A stretch of 64,000 nucleotides of DNA from an uncultured Roseiflexaceae bacterium (lineage in GTDB: Bacteria > Chloroflexota > Chloroflexia > Chloroflexales > Roseiflexaceae): the NCBI GenBank assembly GCA_937974195.1, contig CALJIC010000280.1:70112-134111 (forward strand), written 5' to 3'. The stretch's first letter is position 1. Every line of letters starts with the position of its first letter. The notes under the pieces were generated by a model. The model had not been told where the DNA came from. It was given only the letters and a program-made list of their open reading frames with translations, and did no database searches. Positions 24,340-32,700 of the stretch are shown in pieces. The position numbers and the translations under genes are program-made.

Positions 24340-25628
24340 ACGCGCACCTCGCCTGCTTCGATCTGCCGCAGCGGCGCGCCGGCGCCGGAGTCGACCGCGA
24401 TGCGCTCGCCGCGCAGGCGCTGCCACAGCGAGGAGCGCGGCATCGGGCGCGGCGGGCGGAGGCCCACCTGGGCGCACAGCCGGTCGACAAGCTGGTGGGC
24501 GCCGCGTGACAGGCGGCTGTGCGGCGCGACGTCCAGCGGGGACAGGTAGCGGTCCCCCTCCTCGTCGGCGATGCTCACCTGGCGCGGGGCGCGCGGCAGC
24601 CGACCGAGCGTGAGCGCGCGCGGGAAGTGGCGCGCGAACAGCGGCGCGACCTGGTCGACCGTCGCGGTCACGCCGCGCTCGGGGTCCATGAACAGCAGGA
24701 AGCAGCGGTCTGTCAGGTCGCGGTCGGCCACGGCGCTCTGCAGCGCGCGCAGCATGTTCCCCGCGCCCGCGCGCTCCTTCCGGCCGGGCGGGGTCGGCAG
24801 CACGACCCAGCCGCCGTCGCGGGCGCACAGGATCGCGTACGGCCGCTTCTTGATCTCCGGCCCCGTGTCGAGCAGCACGACGTCGTACTCGCTCAGCCCG
24901 CGCACCCCCTGCATCAGCGCGAGCCACTCCGAGCGCTGCAGGTCGCGCGCGTCGGTGGTCTCCTCCGACCCGAGCAGAAAGTCGATGCCGCTCGCCTCGT
25001 GGTGGTAGATGTAGCGGCGAATGTTGTGCGGCGCCCATGCGGCCTGGTCCGCTGCGCCGCGCGCCGCATCGCCGGCGATGTGCAGGTAGGACGGGAAGCC
25101 GGACGGGATGCGGAAGGTCGGCACCAGGCCCGAGTTGGAGAGATCGCCGTCGACGACCAGCACTCGCAGCCCGCGCCGCCGCATGCCTTCCGCGAGCAGC
25201 GCCACCACCAGCGACTTGCCGATGCCGCCCTTGGCGCCGGCCACCGCGATCGTGACCTGCTCGCGCGATGGCCGGGCTCTCCTGCCGAGCTGCTGCGCGA
25301 TCCACGCGGCGAGCGGCTCGGCTTCGTGCTGGTGGGTGAAGGAGAGGCCCGCGTCCGTGAAGTCGTCGCTCTGCGCCACCGCCGCGCCCCGCACCCCCGC
25401 CAGGGCCGGGATGCCGAGCGCCTGCGCGCGCCGGACGACCTCCCACAGCTCCTGCGGCGAGCCGCACACATCCTCGACGTAGACCGCCTGCGGCGGGCGG
25501 GTGCTGCCCAGGATGTGCAGCGCCCGCGCCAGCGAGGGCGCGCTGAGCACCTCGAGCCCGTCGTATCCGCAGAGGGCCGCGCCCAGCCCAGGGACCGCGC
25601 TCACGATCAGTAGCTCCGTAGTCGTCAT
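24336..25628 (-). CDS. CpaE/TadZ-like protein: degenerate receiver-like N-domain plus ParA/MinD-type ATPase
   Basis: Start at MTTTELLIVSAV, which has a GGAGG RBS (residue 49 of the track ORF). Deviant Walker A reads VAGAKGGIGKSLVVALLAEG, followed by VLVVDGD. Confidence 0.7.
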   Translation of the reverse strand: MTTTELLIVSAVPGLGAALCGYDGLEVLSAPSLARALHILGSTRPPQAVYVEDVCGSPQELWEVVRRAQALGIPALAGVRGAAVAQSDDFTDAGLSFTHQHEAEPLAAWIAQQLGRRARPSREQVTIAVAGAKGGIGKSLVVALLAEGMRRRGLRVLVVDGDLSNSGLVPTFRIPSGFPSYLHIAGDAARGAADQAAWAPHNIRRYIYHHEASGIDFLLGSEETTDARDLQRSEWLALMQGVRGLSEYDVVLLDTGPEIKKRPYAILCARDGGWVVLPTPPGRKERAGAGNMLRALQSAVADRDLTDRCFLLFMDPERGVTATVDQVAPLFARHFPRALTLGRLPRAPRQVSIADEEGDRYLSPLDVAPHSRLSRGAHQLVDRLCAQVGLRPPRPMPRSSLWQRLRGERIAVDSGAGAPLRQIEAGEVRV

Positions 25629-25701
25629 GCAGCCTCCTTGTGCTTCTCTCACGTATTGCTTCGGCGAGTGACTCGGTCGCGCCGCGCGCCCCCGAGATCC
25701 G

Positions 25702-26871
25702 TTACAGGCTGCCGCGCCCCCAGTCGCCCTGCACCCAGCCGGCGCGGCGCGTCTCGTCGCTGTCGGGGTCATAGGCGAGCAGAACGTGGGTCGGGTAGCG
25801 GTCGCCGCTGTGGCCGCCTGCCCCCAGCGGCAGCACCTCCTCGATGCGCCCGACGCGCCGGCGCCCGCCGTACCGGCCGATATGCGCCACGAGCAGCGGC
25901 ACCGCGCCGGAGGCGATCAGCCCGCGCACGACGGCCGGCGGGGCCTCGCCGGCCTCGCAGGCCATGCGCTCGAGGTTCTTGAGCGCCACCTGCGGCTCGG
26001 GCGCGTGGATCGTGCCCACGCCAGGGTGCCCCGTCGCCGCCCCCTGCAGGAGCGCCAGCGCCTCCGCGCCGCGGACCTCGCCGACGGCGATCAGGTCCGG
26101 GCGCTGGCGGAGCGCGAAGCGCACGCACTCGACGAAGGAGAGGCCGCTGCGCAGAACCTCCATCGCGACGCCGTCCGGCAGCGCCGGCAGCTCCGATGCC
26201 TCCTCGATCACCACGACACGCTTCTCCTCGCCGATGGCTGCCAGCAGCGCCGCGGCCAGCGTCGTCTTGCCGCTGCCGGTGCCCCCGGCGATCAGGATCG
26301 AGACGCCCGCGCGGACCGCCTCGAGGAGCAGGTCGGCCGCCTCGCGCGCCAGCACGCCCTCCAGCACCAGGTCGTCGAGCGTGCGCCAGCGCCGCGGCAG
26401 GATGCGCAGGGCGATGGTGCGCCCGTCCGGCGAGGCTGGCGGGCGCGTGACGGCGAAGCGCAGCCGCCGGTCCGCTGTGCCCAGCACCGCGTGGCCTGGC
26501 CAGCCGCCGTACTCCTCATCGATTGCGCCGCCGCGCACCAGCAGCTGGCGCTGGGCGAAGCTGATCCATCCCTCGTGGACCTGGACGCCGGTCGGCAGAC
26601 GCGTGCCGCGCTCGACGGTCACGACCGGCCGGAGCGGGCCGTTGATGAAGATGTCCGTGACTGCCGGCTCGTCCAGCCAGGGCTCGAGCGGCCCGTACCA
26701 GGCGGCGCCGTCGAGATGCAGCAGCGCCAGTTCGTCCAGGCCGAGCGCGGCCAGAGTCTGCTCGGGCGGAAGCGACCAGTCGATCGCGCGCTCGCGTACG
26801 GCGGTGCGGAGGCGTTCGAGCAGCGCATCGTCGAAGTGGGTGGGCAGGTCCAACATAGCAAGCTCCTTCAC
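25702..26871 (-). CDS. CpaF/TadA-type pilus assembly ATPase
   Basis: 389 aa. Motifs are ILIAGGTGSGKTTLAAALL and VVVIEEASEL, plus the T2SS-E His/Asp boxes. Compact canonical CpaF size. Confidence 0.8.
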   Translation of the reverse strand: MKELAMLDLPTHFDDALLERLRTAVRERAIDWSLPPEQTLAALGLDELALLHLDGAAWYGPLEPWLDEPAVTDIFINGPLRPVVTVERGTRLPTGVQVHEGWISFAQRQLLVRGGAIDEEYGGWPGHAVLGTADRRLRFAVTRPPASPDGRTIALRILPRRWRTLDDLVLEGVLAREAADLLLEAVRAGVSILIAGGTGSGKTTLAAALLAAIGEEKRVVVIEEASELPALPDGVAMEVLRSGLSFVECVRFALRQRPDLIAVGEVRGAEALALLQGAATGHPGVGTIHAPEPQVALKNLERMACEAGEAPPAVVRGLIASGAVPLLVAHIGRYGGRRRVGRIEEVLPLGAGGHSGDRYPTHVLLAYDPDSDETRRAGWVQGDWGRGSL

Positions 26872-27761
26872 CGGGCGTCCGGCTCCTGCTCAGCCTCTGT
26901 CGCGACGGCCGGCCGCGGCGCGCCAGGGATGGCGCCCGCGCCCAGCGTCGTCTCCGCTGACGGCGCGCTCTCGGCGGCCGAGGGATCGTGCGGCTCCGGC
27001 TGTGCGCTCTCGGCGGGGACCGGGGCGGCCAGCCGCGTGAGGTCGATGTGCGCGGCGTCGAGCGGCTGCAGCTGCGGCAGCGGTTCCGACCCCGCGCCGT
27101 AGCGCTCGCCCCACAGCTGGACGCCGGCAGCTTGGAGCGCCCAGACCGCGTGGGCCTGGTAGGGCGTCACCTCCAGGTAAGCGACGCCGGACTCGATGTA
27201 CAGCACCGGGACGCCGGTCAGGAAGCGGCACGCGAAGGCCTGCTCGCCGCGCGCCGGCGGCAGCTCGCCGTCGGGCGGGTTGCAGAGCGCCGGATCGTCG
27301 GCGATGAAGCCGATGTTCACCCGGTCGCGGTCGTTCAGCGGGCCGATCGACGCGACGGAGAAGGGCAGCGGCACGGCGTTACGCGCGAGCCGGCGGCCGT
27401 TCGGATACACCGGCTGGTCGGGCGGGCTGTCGAGCAGCATCCCCGGCTGCAGCAGGTCGTTCGGGCCGATCTCGCGCGCCGCCCAGCGGCCCACGGCGCC
27501 GGCCATGTCGCTCATGCCGGCCAGCTGCGCCGGGCGGTGCAGGGGCAGCTCGACGAAGCCGACGTCCTCCGCCGTGATCTGCCGGCCGTAGGGCACCGGC
27601 CGCAGGGCGATGAGCACCCGCTCGGTGCGCCGGCTCTCGAGGAAGCCGTAGGCCGCTGCGCTGAGCGCCACGATCAGCCCAAGGGTGAGCAGCAGCGCGG
27701 GTGCGACGTTCGGCCGGCGCGGGTTGAGCGCCTGGCTGAGTGGTTGTGATCTGAGTGTCAT
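26868..27761 (-). CDS. Flp pilus assembly protein CpaB-like (N-terminal TM + SAF domain)
   Basis: 297 aa. N-terminal TM segment (VAPALLLTLGLIVALSAAAYGF), then a SAF-like segment (GRQITAEDVGFVELP). Its stop overlaps the cpaF start. Confidence 0.6.
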   Translation of the reverse strand: MTLRSQPLSQALNPRRPNVAPALLLTLGLIVALSAAAYGFLESRRTERVLIALRPVPYGRQITAEDVGFVELPLHRPAQLAGMSDMAGAVGRWAAREIGPNDLLQPGMLLDSPPDQPVYPNGRRLARNAVPLPFSVASIGPLNDRDRVNIGFIADDPALCNPPDGELPPARGEQAFACRFLTGVPVLYIESGVAYLEVTPYQAHAVWALQAAGVQLWGERYGAGSEPLPQLQPLDAAHIDLTRLAAPVPAESAQPEPHDPSAAESAPSAETTLGAGAIPGAPRPAVATEAEQEPDAR

Positions 27762-27801
27762 GCTGTTTCTCCTCGGCTCTAGGCGCCCACGGCGCCGGCT
27801 G

Positions 27802-28440
27802 TTACGGAGCGACGGTGTCGAGCGTTTCCGCGGCGTCGATCTGCGGCGTCCACACGCCCCAGCCGAGCAGGCCGAGCATCTTGGGGCGAACGGTCGCGCA
27901 GACCAGCGGTGTCGGCGAACTCACCGGCGGCTGGTTGGGGAAGGTGCAGCTTCCGCCCGCCGGGTGGATGGTCCAGGTGATGCGCGCCACGAGCTCTTCG
28001 GGCGTCTCGGCCAGGCCGCGCACCCCAGCGAGGTTGCGCCGGGCCACAGCGCAGCCGACGGCGCGTGCGCTGCGGGGCGGGGCATCGGCGCAGCCGACGC
28101 GCGTCGGCTGGGGCTCACCCGCCAGCCGGTGCGTGTTCGCTGCGAACCCGGCGTAGTCGAAGCTCTGGACGGCTGAGCGGGTTGCCTGCTGCAGCGCGTC
28201 TTCGAGCATCGCGCGCTCCAGGAAGCGCTCGCCGATCTCGATCGAGGTCATGAGCAGCGCGCCGAGAAATGGGAGCAGCACGGCGACGAGCGCGAGCGAC
28301 TGGCCCGGGTGCGCCCGGATGACCTGGGCTCGTTCGCTCACGCTGCTCGGGGCCAGCCGCCCCAGCCACGCCTGCGACGGTCGTGCGCGGCCGTGTGCCC
28401 GCTTCAGCGTTGTGCGCGGAGTTGTTGCTCGATAGTTCAT
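27802..28440 (-). CDS. TadE/TadG-like pseudopilin/pilus assembly protein
   Basis: 212 aa. Hydrophobic TadE-like N-terminal segment (SLALVAVLLPFLGALLMTSIEIGERF) after a basic leader. Confidence 0.5.
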   Translation of the reverse strand: MNYRATTPRTTLKRAHGRARPSQAWLGRLAPSSVSERAQVIRAHPGQSLALVAVLLPFLGALLMTSIEIGERFLERAMLEDALQQATRSAVQSFDYAGFAANTHRLAGEPQPTRVGCADAPPRSARAVGCAVARRNLAGVRGLAETPEELVARITWTIHPAGGSCTFPNQPPVSSPTPLVCATVRPKMLGLLGWGVWTPQIDAAETLDTVAP

Positions 28441-28473
28441 GAGTCACCTGCAGTCCTGTTCGTTGTCGCTGCG

Positions 28474-28893
28474 CTACTGCTGGTCCCGTTCGGCGGCGCG
28501 TGTGGCGCTGATGTCGGCCCGGATGCGGTCGAAGGGGCCGATCGGCGCCCAGGGCGTATCGTCGTACTGGATGCGCACGGTGATCGCGTCGTACCGGCGG
28601 CAGCGCGAGACGGCTTGGCCCTCCGCGTTGCGGCAGGTCACCGTCATCGTCGCCCGCGCCGCGCTCGTGCCCATCCCGCCGTCGAGGATCAGGCGCGCGC
28701 TCTCTGCCACCTGCCCCGGCGCGGTGGCGAGACCACCGTCCGGCCCATCCGGCCCGCCGAGCAGCGCGGCCTGGTGCGCGGCGGCGCGGACCGCCTGCGC
28801 CACCGTGTACTGCGTCATCAGGATCTGCATGACGGTGATGGCCCCGAACACGAGCAGCAGCAGGATCAGCATCACGATCGTCATCTCGACCAT
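28474..28893 (-). CDS. TadE-like protein
   Basis: 139 aa from the internal Met (residue 259 of track ORF 28474..29667): MVEMTIVMLILLLLVFGAITVMQILMTQYTVAQAVRAAAHQAAL. This is a TadE-type N-terminus. The upstream part of the track ORF is antisense to the CAP-domain gene. Confidence 0.5.
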   Translation of the reverse strand: MVEMTIVMLILLLLVFGAITVMQILMTQYTVAQAVRAAAHQAALLGGPDGPDGGLATAPGQVAESARLILDGGMGTSAARATMTVTCRNAEGQAVSRCRRYDAITVRIQYDDTPWAPIGPFDRIRADISATRAAERDQQ

Positions 28894-29001
28894 CGCCTGG
28901 CCGTGTGTGCTGGCCGCGCGGATCTCTTTAAAACTGGTTATGAGGCGCGTGTATCCTGGCTGCAATCTGCCCGTTTCACGGCGCTGCCAGGAGGCCCCCG
29001 T

Positions 29002-29658
29002 ATGATGATCCGCCACACTCTGATCCGCTCGCTCGCTGCGCTGCTGCTCTGCTCCAACCTGGCGCTGCTCGGCGGGGTACTTGCCGCCGACGGCGAGCTG
29101 CTGCCGGCGGCCTACCTCCCGCTTGTGAGTAACGGCAAGGAGCCCACGGCGCGCCAGCCGACTCCCACCACCAGGCCGACCACTGTGCCGACCGTTCAGC
29201 CCACGCAGCCGCCGCTGGGCGGGGTGTGCTTCGATGGTGTCACGGTGAACGCCGCAGCCTGTGAGGACGAGATCATTCGGCTCGTGAACCTCGAGCGGCA
29301 GCGGGCCGGGTGCCCGCCCGCCGTGCGCGACGAGCGGCTCATGATCGGTGCGCGCAACTGGAGCCGCTACATGCTGGAGCACGGCATCTACGAGCACAGT
29401 CCGCTCGGCTGGTACGAGCGACCGGAGAACGGCGGCTACCCGAACGGAGCGGGCGAGAACATCGCTGGCTCTGGTTTGCCTGAAGACATCGTGGTTGGCT
29501 GGATGAGTAGCTCTGCCCACCGCAACCTCATCCTGTCCTGTTACCGCTCCGATCCCAGCGACCCGATCAACTACAATCCGCATGCGACGTATGAAATCGG
29601 TGTGGGCTATGTCCCGAACGGGTTCGTAACCCTCGCCCTTGATCCACTGGGAAGCTGA
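29002..29658 (+). CDS. Secreted CAP/SCP (PR-1-like) domain protein
   Basis: Start at MMIRHTLIRSLAALLLCSNLALLGGVLAA (signal peptide) with a GGAGG RBS. It is residue 232 of track ORF 28309..29658. CAP motifs include GHYTQ-like and HYEHSPL/GENIAG segments. It is the only plus-strand gene inside the minus-strand array. Confidence 0.6.
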   Translation: MMIRHTLIRSLAALLLCSNLALLGGVLAADGELLPAAYLPLVSNGKEPTARQPTPTTRPTTVPTVQPTQPPLGGVCFDGVTVNAAACEDEIIRLVNLERQRAGCPPAVRDERLMIGARNWSRYMLEHGIYEHSPLGWYERPENGGYPNGAGENIAGSGLPEDIVVGWMSSSAHRNLILSCYRSDPSDPINYNPHATYEIGVGYVPNGFVTLALDPLGS

Positions 29659-29724
29659 GTTGTTCATCCTTCGATCTCCTTGACGGGAGGGTGAACTCCG
29701 AAGCGCTTCTGCCGTCGTCCCGTA

Positions 29725-32700
29725 CTACTTCGCGCTGCGCGGGGCGACGAGCCGGACCGTGTAGGCCTGCTCCCGGCGCTGTGTCTCGACGCCAAGAACC
29801 AGGCCGGTCTCGCGGCTCACGACCTCGACTTCCACCAGCACCTGCACGGTGAGATGCATCGTCGACAGCCCGCGCACGCGGAAGGTGTAGACGTCCGGGC
29901 GCATCGAGAGCGGCCGTGTCGCCGACCAGTAGACGTGCGCTTGGCCGGCCATCTGCGCCTCAGTCGGCTCGGTCTCGTCGCCGGCGGATCGACCGCCGAT
30001 GTACGGGTAGGCGCACCCGTCCAATCCCGGCTGAGTGGTCGAACCCTGGCGGCAGCCGCTCCGGCCCAGCGCGTCACGGTCCTGCTCGCCGACGCCATCA
30101 GCTGCGTAGGTCTTGCCGTCCACCTCGTAGGACACGATGCTCCAGCCGGTGATCCGTGCCCGCACGCTGTAGAACAGGGCCTCCTCGGCGCTCAGTTCCG
30201 GCAGCGTGATCGTCGCCCGGGGGGTGAAGTCCAGCACTTCGTCGGAGGGCCACGTAATCGTGCTCCCTGTCGAGCGGTACACCGCGTTCGTCTCGCTCGT
30301 GTCCTGGCTGCGCGGGTCGAGTTCCGAGTGGATCGCCAGCTGCATACCCAGGCTGTCGCTGAGCTGCGGCGGTGGGGGCGGTGGCACGATGTTGGTTGTG
30401 GCGCTGTCGGCGTTGTCTGACAGATCTAGCTCCGGCGTCGCGCTGCCGATCGTTGCCTGGGCGACGAGCGGGGACAACTGGGCCGCACCACTGTCGACTA
30501 TCGTCGGGATGCTGATCGCCGGCACGTTCGCGCCAGGAGGCAGCGTGCCCAGGTTCCAGTTCAGCGTGCGCCCGCCGTCGCTCAGGGTGTAGCCGCCGAG
30601 CGACACATCGCCCGGCTGCAGCGTCACGCCGTCCGGTAGCCGCACCGAGAGCTGTGCGTCCAGCGCCTGCTCGGTGCCGTGGTTGCCCGCGCTGACGGTG
30701 TAGATGAGCGTGCTGCCCTCGCCGCGCGTCGCGGGCGCCGAGATGTCGACTGCCAGGTCCGGGTAGCGCACGCTGGTCGTCGCCGTCGTCGTGTTATCTC
30801 CGGTCGCGTCGGCCGATGTCGTCGGTGTGCTGCTGACAGTTGCGGTGTTCGTCAGGCTGACCGGAAGCGGCTCGGTGGTGCGCACGCGCACCTGTACGTC
30901 GATCGTTTGCGACCCGCTGGCGGGAAGGGTGCCGAGGCTCCAGGTCAGCACGCGCCGGCCGCTGCCGTCCACACTGTTGCCAGTAAGGCTGGCGGCGCTG
31001 GCGCTGAATCCGAGATAGTCCACGCCGGCCGGCAGCGTGTCGACGACCCTGACGTTCTGGGCCGGTGCGAGCGCGCTGGCAGGGACCGTTCCGCCCGGCT
31101 GGGTACTCCGGTTGGTGATGGTCAGGCGGTATGTGAAGGTCTCGCCCGGCGCAGCGCTGGCCGGCGCGCTCTGGGTGATGGCGATGTTCGGGCTTACGAC
31201 GAGCGTGGTGGCATCGTCGCTGTTGTTCGTCGGGTTGGTGTCGGCCGGGTTGCTGGCGACGCTCGCAACCGGACGCTGCTGGCCGAGCGCGCCGTAGACG
31301 ATTGTGAACGAGTAGCTCTGGTTGGCTCCGGCGGGAAGAGTGCCGAGGCTCCAGGTCAGCGTGTTTCCGCTGCGCGACGCCCCCGGCGCGTTTACCGTCT
31401 GCGCCGCGGCCGGCAGTGTGACCGAGAGCGTGACGTTCTGGGCCGGCGCGGTGCCGCCGCTGACACGGGCCGTGTACGTGGCCGCCTGGCCGAGCAGCAC
31501 CTGCGGGTCGCCGTCCAGCACGACCGTGATATCGCCTACGGCCGGCACCAGGCCCAGATCATTGGAGCGGTCGACTGTCTGCGAGTAGACTGGCCGGGGC
31601 GGGATGAAGTTCGTACCGGCCGCTACGTCGCTGTCCAGCGCGTCGTCGACGCCGCGGTTGGCGGGCGCGAGCGTATAGCCGGGCGGCAGCGATGGGAAAA
31701 CGATGCGATAGTAGTTCGGTGGGAGCTGAATGAAGAGGTATTCGCCCGCTGTGTTGGTGGTGTGGGTGCTGAGGAAGGTATAAGGATCGCCAGAACCGCA
31801 TCTCAGGCGCGCCGGGTCGCTGCACGCCCAGAGTTGGACGGTCACGCCCCCGATCCCGGGCTCACCAGCGTCCTGCAGACCGTCGCCGTCGGTGTCCTGC
31901 CACACCCGGTCGCCGATCTGCCCGGTCCTCTGCCCTGCATACAGGCCAATGTCGTAGGTCACGGTCTGCTGCTCATTGGACTGAGGTGCGATCGCGATGG
32001 TGCGCAGGATCTGGTCGGCGTCGCTGTCGCGTCCGTCATCACTACCGCGGTCTCGGGGCGAGACGTAGTAGTTTTGGAACTTTCCCCCGGCCTGGAACTG
32101 TGCCGGGTCGAGGCGCACGACGTAGCTCTTCCAAGGCTGCACGTAGAAGCGGTACTCGCCGCCCTGCCCATCGCCGTCGAGGTCGCCGGTCGTCACCGTC
32201 GCCAGCGGCGTCGTGAAGTTCGTGTCGCTCGCAGCGAACAGCTGCAGGCGCACGCCGCTCACCCCGCCCTCCCCGGCGTCCTGTATGCCGTTCGCATTCG
32301 CGTCGTTCCACACCCGGTCGCCGACCGCGCTCCAGTTGCAGAGCAACTCTAGGTCGCCCAGCCCTGCGGCCTTGCCGAAGTAGCGCAGCTCGGTGCCTCC
32401 GGCGTAGAGCACCTGCAGCGCCGTCGGGCTGCCGCCGCTGCGGGCGTTGAACCAGGCCACCCCGAAGCTCGTGCCGTTGTAGGGGTCCAGCCAGGTCGTC
32501 AGCACCTGCCCGCCGTACCCGCCGTTCTGATCGCCCGGCACATAGGCCAGCGCCCCGCTCGCGACCTCAGCCTTGTCGCTCTCCACGAACATCGTCCGGT
32601 AGTCGTTGAAGAACTCCGCACTGGCGACGGACGTCGGGTTCGACCAGCCGCTGCCGTTCCACACCGCGCGCACGATATCGCCGGCCGGGATGCTCCTGGC

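Noticed and set aside
22273-25772. N-terminal extensions of the cpaF-like (to 25467) and cpaE-like (to 25772) ORFs
   Set aside because: The extensions are Arg/Gly/Ala-rich and overlap the upstream genes. The internal Mets at 24339 and 25628 have an ATGA coupling overlap and a GGAGG RBS respectively, and begin the recognisable domains.
28309-29667. 449-aa plus ORF and 397-aa minus ORF spanning the same interval
   Set aside because: Each is a chimera. Only 29002..29658 (+, CAP domain, signal peptide, RBS) and 28474..28893 (-, TadE-like N-terminus) are supported. The remaining halves are antisense read-through.
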